This document shows positions 1-9,129 of a stretch of 64,000 nucleotides of DNA, piece by piece. The translations under genes were made by a program, and so were the position numbers. Location: assembly GCA_034428955.1 (NCBI GenBank), contig DAOUGZ010000024.1:5804-69803 (forward strand), in the 5' to 3' direction. The DNA comes from Anaerolineae bacterium (GTDB lineage Bacteria > Chloroflexota > Anaerolineae > SpSt-313). Each line of letters begins with the position of its first letter. The stretch's first letter is position 1. The notes below the pieces were generated by a model. The model worked only from the letters and a program-made list of their open reading frames with translations, was not told the DNA's origin and did no database searches.

Positions 1-120
1 TTCAGCAAGAGCACAAGCAGTTCTGCGCCCCCTGGGCGCCACATAGTTCAGCAAGAGCACAAGTAGTTCTGCGCCCCCTGGGCGCCGCATAGTTCGGCAA
101 AAGCACAAGCAGTCTGGCAT
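1..120. repeat. Tandem direct repeat, unit ~46 bp, ~2.6 copies (ttcagcaagagcacaagcagttctgcgccccctgggcgccacatag). Each unit contains a GCGCC..GGCGC hairpin-capable core.
   Basis: Units at 1-46 and 47-92 differ at 2 positions; a third, degenerate partial unit follows. Seen directly in the sequence. Confidence 0.8.
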
Positions 121-199
121 CTTGGCCGCGCTTCCGAGGCGCCGGTTAGCGACAACCCGCACCACTCGACCCGGCCGCACTCTGTCAATAGGAGGAGGA

Positions 200-1336
200 A
201 TGGCGCCTATGGGTGCCTACCAAGCACCACGTCGAAAGCTTCTCCGCTATTCCATCTCGTTAGGCCTCAGCGTTGCGGGGTGCGGGCTCGTCATACTGGC
301 GCAGCAACTGCCTCCTGTACGCTCCGAGGCCGCACAGGCCTCTGTTCCGAGTGAGCGCCCGTTCCCCGTCGCTGTCAGCGCCCGCGGCCCCCGGCAGGCG
401 GGCTGGGTGCGCCCAGCCGAGGATCTGCCGGTGTTGGCCCTGGGGAGCGTGCAGTCTCTGATGACCAACGATGAGGTCTTGCCGACGGCGACGCTCGAGC
501 CGACACCCACCCTCGCCCCCAGCCCCAGCCCAACCACTCCTCCCCCTGAAGTGGTGGTGTATCAGGTCCAGCCGGGAGATAACTTGTGGATCATCTCCCA
601 GCGCTTCGGCCTGGAGCAGGACACTGTCGTCTGGGCTAATGCGGAGCTGGAGCGTAACCCCGATCAGTTGCAGATCGGGCAAGAGATCTATATCCTGCCT
701 ACCGACGGCGTTTGGCACACTGTGAGCAAGGGCGAGACGCTGGCCTCTATCGCCCAGCGCTACAAGGTGGATGCCCAAACCATCCTCAACTACCCGGGCA
801 ACGACATTACGGACCCGTCGACGATCAAAATCGACCAGAAGCTGATCATCCCCGGCGGGGTCAAGCCGGCCCCAACAGGCGCCGCGGCAGGCCCGGCCAA
901 GGCATCCATCGCCCCGGGTGGGGCGCGGCTTATGATTCCGGCCGGCGCGCCCGCTGTGCCGGTGGAGGCACCGGCCATGCCTGGCCGCTTCCTCTGGCCG
1001 GCGTCAGGGGTCATCACCCAAGGCTATCACAAGTATCACGGGGCCATCGACATTGCCAACAACCAGGGCACGCCCCTCATCGCGCCCGACGGCGGCACGG
1101 TCACCTTTGCCGCTTGGTCCGGCGGGCTGGGCAACGCCGTCCAGATCGACCACGGCGACGGCTTTGCCACGACCTACGGGCACTTGCACACGATCCAGGT
1201 GCAAGTCGGCCAGAGGGTTGAGCGCGGCCAGCAGATCGGCTTGATGGGCACGACCGGTCACTCAACCGGCCCGCACCTGCATTTCATCGTGACCTACAAC
1301 GGCGGCATCCTGAACCCAATGAACTATTTGCCGTAG
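200..1336 (+). CDS. Secreted/membrane-anchored peptidoglycan hydrolase: two LysM domains plus a C-terminal M23 (LytM-type) metallopeptidase domain.
   Basis: ORF 122..1336. In-frame ATG at 200 preceded by GGAGGAGG. N-terminal hydrophobic segment. LysM-like segments (YQVQPGDNLWIISQRFG.. and HTVSKGETLASIAQRY..). M23 motifs HxxxD (HGAIDIA) and HLH (GPHLHF). Confidence 0.85.
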   Translation: MAPMGAYQAPRRKLLRYSISLGLSVAGCGLVILAQQLPPVRSEAAQASVPSERPFPVAVSARGPRQAGWVRPAEDLPVLALGSVQSLMTNDEVLPTATLEPTPTLAPSPSPTTPPPEVVVYQVQPGDNLWIISQRFGLEQDTVVWANAELERNPDQLQIGQEIYILPTDGVWHTVSKGETLASIAQRYKVDAQTILNYPGNDITDPSTIKIDQKLIIPGGVKPAPTGAAAGPAKASIAPGGARLMIPAGAPAVPVEAPAMPGRFLWPASGVITQGYHKYHGAIDIANNQGTPLIAPDGGTVTFAAWSGGLGNAVQIDHGDGFATTYGHLHTIQVQVGQRVERGQQIGLMGTTGHSTGPHLHFIVTYNGGILNPMNYLP

Positions 1337-1464
1337 CGGTCTGTCAGCCTCTGCCGCCGCAGACCGGACTCCAGGCCGGCACGGGGGCGCGAAGCGTATA
1401 GCCCGGTCGCCGGCTCAAGCTATTGCAGTCTGACAGGTTGTTGGCCGTCCGGGCGCAAAGGGAT

Positions 1465-1507
1465 AAACAGGCGCGGCTCTCTCTACAGAGAGGGCCGCGC
1501 CTGTTTT
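1465..1507 (+). terminator. Rho-independent terminator-like hairpin (~18-bp stem) followed by a T-run (ctgttttcg).
   Basis: aaacaggcgcggctctctc ... gagagggccgcgcctgtttt, downstream of the peptidase stop. Confidence 0.6.
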
Positions 1508-1526
1508 CGTCCGCTTCGATTCCGGC

Positions 1527-2042
1527 ATGGATGTTGCTCATAGAGGCAAAAAGCCGGTGAGAGGAGGTTGGGGCTTGAAGGTTGCTGCGGGCGTGCTTGC
1601 TGTTCTGGCCATCGTCATGGCTGTGGTGCCCTCGGTCGCCAACTGCTCGCAGGCGGGCGAGGGGGTGACTCTGGCCAACGGTCGGCGTGCGCCGGCCCCA
1701 TGCCACGGAACGGCGCAGGCCGAGGTGGCGGTGGCGGCGCTGCTCATGGCCGTGGCGGGCCTCCTCGCCTGTAGTTGGCGCCAGGAGACGCGGCTGGCGC
1801 TGGCCGGGTTGGGGTCCATTCTGGGGGCGCTGGCTATCCTGCTGCCGGTGATTCTGATCGGCACGTGTCCTTCATCCGCGGCGCTCTGCAATCGCCTCAT
1901 GCGCCCTGCGCTGATTGCGTCCGGTGCGGGCACAATCCTCACAAGCGTGCTGGTATTTGCCCTGGCCGCCAGGCGTTCCGAGTATGCACAGCGGCCACGG
2001 AACGCCCGCGGGCGCGTACGCTACCTGCGCCGCAACGGCTAG
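1527..2042 (+). CDS. Small 4-TM membrane protein with four conserved Cys (DUF4418-like); tandem paralog 1.
   Basis: Hydrophobic helices. Conserved motifs NC..TLA(N/D)G.R.P..C..TAQAE and LIG.C..S.A.C shared with the next ORF. Start uncertain (ATG 1527, or TTG 1575 after GAGAGGAGG). Confidence 0.6.
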   Translation: MDVAHRGKKPVRGGWGLKVAAGVLAVLAIVMAVVPSVANCSQAGEGVTLANGRRAPAPCHGTAQAEVAVAALLMAVAGLLACSWRQETRLALAGLGSILGALAILLPVILIGTCPSSAALCNRLMRPALIASGAGTILTSVLVFALAARRSEYAQRPRNARGRVRYLRRNG

Positions 2043-2052
2043 TAGTGCACCG

Positions 2053-2103
2053 CAGAGATTCTGATGGGTGCGACTCGCCCCGTGCGGCGCCATGTTACTC
2101 ATA
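2053..2103 (+). repeat. Dispersed ~50-nt intergenic element, copy 1 (agagattctgatgggtgcgactcgccccgtgcggcgccatgttactcata); second copy at 56416-56468.
   Basis: ~85% identity between the two copies. Both begin 10-12 nt after a TAG stop on the + strand. Confidence 0.7.
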
Positions 2104-2168
2104 GGGTCTTGGCGTTTCCTCATGGTACGGATTTTGCTCAGAGAAGGCACATTGTCAGGAGATGGGCC

Positions 2169-2666
2169 ATGAAACTGAGCGCACTTTTGATCGCGCTGTT
2201 GGCCGTCACTGTGGCTGTGGTTCCATTTGTCTTCAACTGCCGAGTTGAGGGCAGGATGATGACGCTGGCCGACGGCGGCCGGATGCCGCCCAGGTGCTAC
2301 TGGACGGCCCAGGCCGAGCTGACGCTGGCTGTGCCGTTGCTGGCGCTGGCCGGGATGCTGGCCTTCAGCCGGCGCAAGGAGGCCCGCCGAGCACTGCTGG
2401 TGCTGGGGGCCATACTGGGCGTCTTGGTCATTCTGCTGCCGGCGCGGCTTATCGGCGTGTGCGCAGATTCGGGCGCATCCTGCAAGCTGATCATGGAACC
2501 GGCGATAATCCTGGCCGGCAGCCTGTTGGCCGGTATCAGCTTGGCCAGCCTGCTGCTTTCCGAGCGCCGGTCCGAGTACGGCGATGAGCCGGTGCGCAGG
2601 CGCCCGCTACACGCAGCGGCCCGGCAGCGTGCCGGCGCTTCTATCGAGACTGGAGATGCGCATTAG
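2169..2666 (+). CDS. Small 4-TM, 4-Cys membrane protein (DUF4418-like); tandem paralog 2.
   Basis: ORF 2064..2666. ATG at 2169 after AGGAGA. Shares TM topology and Cys motifs with 1527..2042. Confidence 0.6.
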   Translation: MKLSALLIALLAVTVAVVPFVFNCRVEGRMMTLADGGRMPPRCYWTAQAELTLAVPLLALAGMLAFSRRKEARRALLVLGAILGVLVILLPARLIGVCADSGASCKLIMEPAIILAGSLLAGISLASLLLSERRSEYGDEPVRRRPLHAAARQRAGASIETGDAH

Positions 2667-2680
2667 AGAGGAGCGGCGGC

Positions 2681-3883
2681 ATGTGCCTCCTCCGCCTGGT
2701 GCGGTATAGCCCTGTGGGCAAGGGACTTGGGGGATGGGCAGCCTTTCTCTCGGCTGCCGTGGTGGCGGCGCTTTCGCTATTGACGGCGCTGATCCTGCAC
2801 GGCGCCGGCGCCTCGCTGGACCTGACTCTCACTCGGCTGGGAGCAGACATCGTCGTCGTCGGCCGGGGGGCCGAAGGTCACCTGGAGAGTTCCCTGGTCT
2901 TGGGTGCGCCGCTGCGGGTGTGGCTGCCGCAGGCGCACCTAGAGCGCATCGCGGCCATTCCTGAGGTGGCTGCCGTCTCGCCCCAGCTCTACCTTTCTGC
3001 GCTCCCTGAGCCCTCCGGCCGTGTCGCCCGGGAGGTCTTCCTCGTCGCCTGCGACCCGGCGACCGATCTATCGCTGCGGCCCTGGCTCGCAGAGGACCTT
3101 GTGGGCCGGCTGCGGCCGAAAGAGGCCGTCGGCGGCAGCAACGTCTCGGTACCCGCGGGCAAGGAGGGCATCAGGTTGTATGGTTCCCTGATTGCCCTAC
3201 GCGCCAACCTGCCGCCGACGGGTACCAACCTGGACCACACCCTCTTCTTCAGCTTTCAGACGGCCTACGATATCGCCGCCAACTCGTACCGGCTGGCCGA
3301 GCAGCCGCTGGTGATCCCGCCGAACAGCATCTCGGCGGCGCTGGTAAAGGTGCGTCCGGAGGCTGACCCGCACCAAGTCGCGTTGGAGATCCGCCGCAGC
3401 GTCCCCGGGGTCACACCCATCGAGCGTGCAGACCTCTTGCCGACGTTCCGAGGGCGAATCGCGGACCTGCGGCGGCGCATGAGGGCTACCTCTTACCCCA
3501 CGCTCGCACTCTTGCCGCCTCTTTTGGGCCTGATCCTGACGTTGACGGCCCAGGAACGGTGGCCCAAGGTCGCCGGCCTGCGCGCACTGGGTGCGACCGG
3601 CCATGATGTACTACGCTGTTTGCTGGCCGAGGCGGCGCTATTGGCCCTGCAGGGCGCGATGCTGGGCACGGCTCTGGCCGTGTTGGCGACGCGCCTTCTC
3701 CGCGAGCGCATCGCCGCCGCGCTCAAGATACCGCTCCTCTTCCCCCCTCTGCCCTCATTGCTGGCGTCGGTGGCCGGGGGCGCGGCTTTGGCATTGGCAG
3801 CGGTCGTGGCGGCTGCCTTGCTCCCGGCTTGGCGGCTCAGCCGGCAGGCGACGAGGCCGGCGACCCAGGGTAGGCCGCAATGA
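2681..3883 (+). CDS. FtsX-like ABC-transporter permease (MacB/LolC-type single FtsX domain). No cognate ATPase gene adjacent.
   Basis: N-terminal TM, large extracytoplasmic domain (..LGADIVVVGRG..), C-terminal 3-TM FtsX domain. RBS GAGGAG before ATG 2681. Confidence 0.7.
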   Translation: MCLLRLVRYSPVGKGLGGWAAFLSAAVVAALSLLTALILHGAGASLDLTLTRLGADIVVVGRGAEGHLESSLVLGAPLRVWLPQAHLERIAAIPEVAAVSPQLYLSALPEPSGRVAREVFLVACDPATDLSLRPWLAEDLVGRLRPKEAVGGSNVSVPAGKEGIRLYGSLIALRANLPPTGTNLDHTLFFSFQTAYDIAANSYRLAEQPLVIPPNSISAALVKVRPEADPHQVALEIRRSVPGVTPIERADLLPTFRGRIADLRRRMRATSYPTLALLPPLLGLILTLTAQERWPKVAGLRALGATGHDVLRCLLAEAALLALQGAMLGTALAVLATRLLRERIAAALKIPLLFPPLPSLLASVAGGAALALAAVVAAALLPAWRLSRQATRPATQGRPQ

Positions 3884-3973
3884 GGTTCCGCCTGTCGAGC
3901 TTGATGTACTTTGCCCAGTGGGCCGAGACCCAATCAGACCGGACATGACGGGCAAGCCGGCCCGCCGCTCTGT

Positions 3974-5044
3974 TCACGGAGTCTCTCCACCGCCCAAAGA
4001 CCTCACGCGGCGCAGAAAGAAAAAGCCGATGGCCAGCGGCAGCCATACGTTCAGCCCGCGGAAGGCGACGGTTATGGCCACCGCACTCGTCGTGGTGACG
4101 CCGAGCGAGGCGAGCACCAGCGCCATAGCGCCTTCGGCCACGCCGATGCCATGGGGGATGATCGTCACGATCGAAAAGACGATATTCAGCATATAGCCGG
4201 CGATCAGAGTTCCCGGGCGCAGCGGCCAGCCATAGGCCAGGGAGAGGGCATAGAGGCTGGCCAGGTTGACGAGGCATGCCGCCATGGCTACGCCCAGGGT
4301 GCTTCCCAGAAGGCGTGGCGCCTCGCTCAGACCCTTGGCTGCCCTGACGTAATCATCCGCCTGCTGCTCCGCCCAGGTCTCCGCCAGCGGCACCGGGCGG
4401 CCGAGTTGCCCCGCCAGCCCATTGACGATGTGCTGCAGGGCGCGGAAGAGGGCGTGAAGCCGGCCGGGCAACCAGCGCCCCAGCAAGATCATCCCGGCCA
4501 GAGAGCCGGTGAAGAGGAGCAGGATGGTGGAGGCGACGATCTGATAGGGCTCCAGGGCTTGCCGGTAGGCGAGGTGATGCAGGCCATAGGCTACCAGCGG
4601 CAGGATGGCCGTCAGGTCGGCGACCAGGACGAGCAAGGCACCCTGAGCGGCGCGCACGGCCGACTGGCCGCGGCGGGCCGCATCGTCGACAACGACTGCC
4701 AGCGCGCTGACGCCCCCAGACGGTACGATGGCTTTCAGGAACAGGGAAGCAAAGAGCACCGGCACAAGGTCGCGCACACGGCTTTCAACGCCGACGCTGG
4801 CCAAGCCGAGCCGATATTCGGCAGCGTACACCAGGTAGAAGGCGCCCTGTAGCAGCGCGGCCGCCAGTATCCATGGCCAACGGCCGCGCCCCAGCGTGCT
4901 GAGGACTCGCACTACCTCTTGTTGGCGCACAGCAACGAGGGCTGCAAAGCCCGTGAGGATTAGGACCAGCAGCCAACGGCGGCGTAGATGGGTGAGCAGG
5001 CGGTGGTGGTGCATCGATGGATCGGATGGGTCTTGGATCGACAC
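3974..5044 (-). CDS. UPF0104/LPG-synthase-TM (flippase-like) family integral membrane protein.
   Basis: ~8 predicted TM helices. Family-typical length and hydrophobic pattern. Divergent from rph. Confidence 0.65.
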   Translation of the reverse strand: MSIQDPSDPSMHHHRLLTHLRRRWLLVLILTGFAALVAVRQQEVVRVLSTLGRGRWPWILAAALLQGAFYLVYAAEYRLGLASVGVESRVRDLVPVLFASLFLKAIVPSGGVSALAVVVDDAARRGQSAVRAAQGALLVLVADLTAILPLVAYGLHHLAYRQALEPYQIVASTILLLFTGSLAGMILLGRWLPGRLHALFRALQHIVNGLAGQLGRPVPLAETWAEQQADDYVRAAKGLSEAPRLLGSTLGVAMAACLVNLASLYALSLAYGWPLRPGTLIAGYMLNIVFSIVTIIPHGIGVAEGAMALVLASLGVTTTSAVAITVAFRGLNVWLPLAIGFFFLRRVRSLGGGETP

Positions 5045-5303
5045 GGAATCTCGTGGCTCCTCACAGTGGCTTGGGGTACCTGATGGCCGGTAGGGTTGGC
5101 GGCATGATGCAGGCTGCTGCGATCCAGGCGGCCGGCCGCTTGCCCGCTTGCTTACTGTTTAACCCCCAATATACCCCCGCGATGTGTAGCAAACTATGGG
5201 CCTGCGTGGCATGCGATTCGCTGAGTCGCTCGCGACGCATGAACAGGAAGCGCCTGCATGCCGCCCCCAGCCGGATGCGGAATGCGGCCGAGGAAGGAAT
5301 GGG

Positions 5304-6026
5304 ATGAGCCGGGCGAGAAGCGACGGACGTGCCCACGATGAGATGCGCCCCGTGGAGATGGTTCTTGACTATCAAGCTTTTGCTGAGGGATCGGCGCTGG
5401 TCAGCGTGGGTGGAACGCGTGTGCTGTGCGCGGTGACGGTCCAGGATGGCATCCCCCCCTGGGTTGTCGGTGCCCCGGGGCAGGGCTGGATTTCGGCCGA
5501 GTACGCCATGCTGCCCCGTTCGACCCGCACCCGGACTTCCCGCGACGGGTCGGCGCGTGAAACCGAGATCTCGCAACTGATCGGGCGTGCGCTGCGCGCC
5601 TCCGTCAATCTACACGCGCTTGGCGAGCGCACGTTTATCGTGGATTGCGATGTGATCCAGGCCGACGGAGGCACTCGCTCAGCGGCCATCACCGGGGGGT
5701 ATGTGGCCCTGGTGCAGGCCGTGCGGCGCCTGATGCGCGAGGGCCGCATACAAGACTCGGTGTGGCGCCCGCCCGTGGCCGGAGTCAGCGTTGCTCTGTG
5801 GCGCGGCGAGGTGGTCCTCGACCCCTGCCATGAGGAGGATATCGAGGCCAATGTGGATTGCGACGTGGCGCTGAACGCCGAGGGGCGGCTCGTAGAGCTG
5901 CATGCGCCCGCTTCCGACCCCTATACGCAGGAGCAACTGGAGGCGATGCTGGCGATGGCCAGGCCCGCAACGCAGCAGTTGATCGAGATGGAGATGCGGC
6001 TGCTGGGCTGGGAGAGGTGGGGTTAG
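5304..6026 (+). CDS. rph: Ribonuclease PH.
   Basis: ATG 5304 after GAGGAAGGA. 240 aa. Signature CDVIQADGGTRSAAITGG and overall RNase PH similarity. Confidence 0.9.
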   Translation: MSRARSDGRAHDEMRPVEMVLDYQAFAEGSALVSVGGTRVLCAVTVQDGIPPWVVGAPGQGWISAEYAMLPRSTRTRTSRDGSARETEISQLIGRALRASVNLHALGERTFIVDCDVIQADGGTRSAAITGGYVALVQAVRRLMREGRIQDSVWRPPVAGVSVALWRGEVVLDPCHEEDIEANVDCDVALNAEGRLVELHAPASDPYTQEQLEAMLAMARPATQQLIEMEMRLLGWERWG

Positions 6027-6472
6027 GGCTCGGCGATCAGCTCCTGCGGCGCCCAGGCCATGGCCTGGGTGTGTAGCCAGGCCAGTTGCCGGTCTGTCTC
6101 CGCCCCCAGGTTGGCACAGACCGATTCCAGTGTCGAGTCGCACAGGACCCGCGCCGCCTGGCCGAGCACGACCCAGCGCAGGTGCACGCTCTGGGCCAGG
6201 AGCCACGCATTCTGTAGGTCTTCCAGCAGGGGGTGCGTCTCTGCGGCAGGGGCCAGCACGGGCAGGCAACTGGCGAGCGCCGCCTCGGCGTTTAGCGGGC
6301 GCCCCGTGAGCTTGCTCAGAACGCGAATGTGCTCTTCGGACCAGGCAGCGAGCCGGGTACCGGTAAAGCCGATATCGAGTTCATCGCTGTGGCGCTCACC
6401 CAGGGCGATCAGCGCGTCTGCCAGTTGCCTCTCGGCAATCAGGAGGAGATCCACATATTCCCATACGCGCAT
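6023..6472 (-). CDS. Hypothetical 149-aa protein encoded immediately downstream of (and overlapping) the molybdoenzyme gene; possible dedicated chaperone/accessory protein.
   Basis: Strong RBS GGGGAGGA 5 nt before ATG 6472. 77-nt overlap with the 3' end of the upstream gene in another frame. Codon usage matches the genome. Confidence 0.45.
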   Translation of the reverse strand: MRVWEYVDLLLIAERQLADALIALGERHSDELDIGFTGTRLAAWSEEHIRVLSKLTGRPLNAEAALASCLPVLAPAAETHPLLEDLQNAWLLAQSVHLRWVVLGQAARVLCDSTLESVCANLGAETDRQLAWLHTQAMAWAPQELIAEP

Positions 6473-8885
6473 ACCTGTCCTCCCCGGCGGTTGGCGCCTT
6501 TCCGATGCGCAGGCGGAAGCGCCTCAGCAGCGAGCGCAATCGCTCACCCAGCGAGGGCTGGGGGATGCCGCAAATGCGCACGGCGGTGTACTTGAGCAGC
6601 GGCTGTTTGCTGACCGGATCCCACTGGCCCAAGGTGAGTTCGTTGGCGGCGCGGATGCGCGAGGGTCCATCCCAGTAGCCGTAGTGAAAGGGCATAAAGA
6701 CCACTCCGGGTGCGATCCTGCCGATTTCCGCCCGTGCCAGGGCCAGCCCCCGGCGCGAACGGACCTCGACCATCTGGCCCGCGACGATGCCCTGGCGGCG
6801 GGCGTCCTCCTCTGAAATCTGCACAAAAGAGTCCGGCGCGGCGTCGTTCAGCACAGGGACGCGCCCCGTCTTGGTGCGCGTCAGCCACTGGTAGACGACC
6901 CGTCCTGTCGTCAGCCAGAGGGGATACTCCTCGTCGGGTGCCTCCGGCAGGGGCGCGCCATCGATGGGCTTGAGCAGCGCTCTGCCCTGCGGGTCTTCTG
7001 CGCTGTAGGCAGAGCGGCCGATCTCGGCGCCGGTCAGCAGATCGTGCCCATAGGTCTGACAATAGTCGGCGCTGGTGTTGAACCGCCCCCCCTCGTACAG
7101 CCGTGGCCGGCCCTCGGGATACTGCTCGTTGCAGGGCCACCGGATGCCCGGGCCGCCGCTGAGCCGGGCATAGCTGAGCCCGCTATAGTCGCAGGGGCGC
7201 CCCCTGGTGCAGGCCTTCCAGGCCTCAAAGGCTCCCTCGGGGTCACTCCATTTGATCAACGGCGCGCCGTCACGGTCGCGCAGGTCCATGAGCCGGGCAT
7301 AGTCGAGAAAGATGTCCAGGTCCGGCCTCGCTTCGCCGGGCGGGCTGGCCGCCGTGTAGGAGATGTGCACCGTCCGGTCGGCAGCGGTGAACGTGCCCGT
7401 CTTTTCGCCCCAGATGGCCGCCGGCAGCACGACATCGGCCAACTGCGCCGTCTCCGTCATGAACGCATCCTGGACGACGAGGAATAGCCCGGCGGAGCGC
7501 AGCGCATTGCGCACGCGCAGCAGGTCCGGCAGCGATACCGCCGGGTTGCTGCCGGTGACCCAGAGCATGCGTATCGAGCCCTCTTCGATGTAGCGCAGTA
7601 TGCGCATGATGTGCGTTGGCGGCCCCCAGCAGGGGATGCGCGAGGGCTCGACGTTCCAGAGGCGCGCCAGTTCGGCCATGTGCTCAGGATTGGCCCAGTT
7701 GCGAAAGGCCGGAAAGGTGCCCGCGCAGCCGGTCTCGTGGACGTTGTGGCTGGCGGGCTGCCCGCTCATGTGCAGGATGCCGCATCCCGGCCGCCCGATC
7801 AGGCCGCGCATGAGGTGCAGGTTGTTGATCTGGACTGCCGTCGCCGTGGCCTGCGCGGACTGGTACACGCCCAACAGTACCGTGGAGACGAGGCTGGGCG
7901 TCGTTCCGAGGATCTGGGCCGCTCCACGTATGTCGTCGACCGGCACGCCCGTTACCGCCTCCACGCGCGCGGGTGACCACTCTCTGACCGATTTCTTTAG
8001 GCGCGCATACCCCAGGGTGTGGGCATCGATATAGGCGCGGTCGACCCAGCCGGATTGGATAATGATGTTGATGAGTCCGCAAAGCAGGGCGGCGTCGGTC
8101 CCCGGGCGCGGGGCCAGGTGGACGTCGGCGGCCTGCGCCGTAGGGGTTTTGCGCGGGTCGATGACGACCAGCCGGGGTGGCCGGGGGCCGGCGCGACGGT
8201 CCAGGATGCGCATCCAGAGCACAGTGTGTTGCTCGGCGACGTTGTGCCCGACGTGCAGGATGGCCTCTGCTGTGTCCAGGTCGCTGAATGAGCCGGGCTG
8301 GCCGTCTGTGCCGAACGACTCCATCAAGGCGGCCGAAGCGCTGGCGGTCGATAGCCGGGTGCTGGCGTCCATGTGCGGGGTACCCAGGCCGGCCTTGCCG
8401 ATAACGGCCAGGGTATAGTACTCTTCCAGAAAGAGCTGGCCACCGGTGTAAAAGGCGATGGCTAGGCTGGTATGATCGGCGCGAATCTGCGCCGAATGCT
8501 CGGCCACCAGGCCCAGCGCCTCCTCCCAACTGACCTCGCTCAGCCGCCCGTTCCGGCGGACTAGAGGGTGGGTGAGCCGGTCGCTACTGGCGTTGGCCAG
8601 CCAGCCGTAGAGCCCTTTGGGGCCGAGCCGGCCGCGATTGGTGCCGTCTGCGCTGCGCCCGCGCACGCCGACCATGCGCCCATCTCGCACGCCAATGTCC
8701 AGCCCGCAACCGTTGGAGCAGAGAACACAGGCCGATTGTACCCAGAACTCGGCCTCAGCCAGTACTCGCTCATCCAAGCGTGTTGGCCAGTCGCCCTCGC
8801 CATAGTAGGGCGTGCGGTACCCCCATATGGACGCAATAGCATCGCGCGACTGGTACTCCTCTGTCTCTCGCCTGCCGAGCATCAT
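6396..8885 (-). CDS. Molybdopterin (Mo-bisPGD) oxidoreductase, nitrate-reductase/formate-dehydrogenase superfamily, cytoplasmic (no Tat signal).
   Basis: 829 aa. N-terminal C-x2-C-x3-C Fe-S motif (SACVLCSNGCG) followed by GRLGPKG where canonical enzymes have GRLC.KG. MopB-type domains and a C-terminal molybdopterin-binding region. Confidence 0.85.
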   Translation of the reverse strand: MMLGRRETEEYQSRDAIASIWGYRTPYYGEGDWPTRLDERVLAEAEFWVQSACVLCSNGCGLDIGVRDGRMVGVRGRSADGTNRGRLGPKGLYGWLANASSDRLTHPLVRRNGRLSEVSWEEALGLVAEHSAQIRADHTSLAIAFYTGGQLFLEEYYTLAVIGKAGLGTPHMDASTRLSTASASAALMESFGTDGQPGSFSDLDTAEAILHVGHNVAEQHTVLWMRILDRRAGPRPPRLVVIDPRKTPTAQAADVHLAPRPGTDAALLCGLINIIIQSGWVDRAYIDAHTLGYARLKKSVREWSPARVEAVTGVPVDDIRGAAQILGTTPSLVSTVLLGVYQSAQATATAVQINNLHLMRGLIGRPGCGILHMSGQPASHNVHETGCAGTFPAFRNWANPEHMAELARLWNVEPSRIPCWGPPTHIMRILRYIEEGSIRMLWVTGSNPAVSLPDLLRVRNALRSAGLFLVVQDAFMTETAQLADVVLPAAIWGEKTGTFTAADRTVHISYTAASPPGEARPDLDIFLDYARLMDLRDRDGAPLIKWSDPEGAFEAWKACTRGRPCDYSGLSYARLSGGPGIRWPCNEQYPEGRPRLYEGGRFNTSADYCQTYGHDLLTGAEIGRSAYSAEDPQGRALLKPIDGAPLPEAPDEEYPLWLTTGRVVYQWLTRTKTGRVPVLNDAAPDSFVQISEEDARRQGIVAGQMVEVRSRRGLALARAEIGRIAPGVVFMPFHYGYWDGPSRIRAANELTLGQWDPVSKQPLLKYTAVRICGIPQPSLGERLRSLLRRFRLRIGKAPTAGEDRYARMGICGSPPDCREATGRRADRPG

Positions 8886-9129
8886 CCCACCTCAGTAGAA
8901 CAGGAGCAAGGTGTGTGCCAGGCTTGTCTGTTACTTCGCTGGCATACACCTTGCTACCGTGGTCGGGAGCCTGGGCGGCCCACCGTGGCCTCGCCAGAGG
9001 GGGTGGCGACCGAAGTGGCCGATCGCATAGATGCTGGTTGCCTGCGTTCCGGTTCCCGCCGGGTAACGCGGGCCATGAGAATCTCTGCGGGCCACTATGA
9101 GGGCCGATCACTCCGTACCGCATATAGGT

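Noticed and set aside
1-120. Possible CRISPR array at the window start.
   Set aside because: Units are directly tandem with no intervening unique spacers; repeat length and spacer logic do not fit CRISPR.
5061-5576. 171-aa minus-strand ORF spanning the rph promoter region and 5' end.
   Set aside because: Overlaps the well-supported rph gene and has no homology-like features; its translation is Arg/Gly/Pro-rich.
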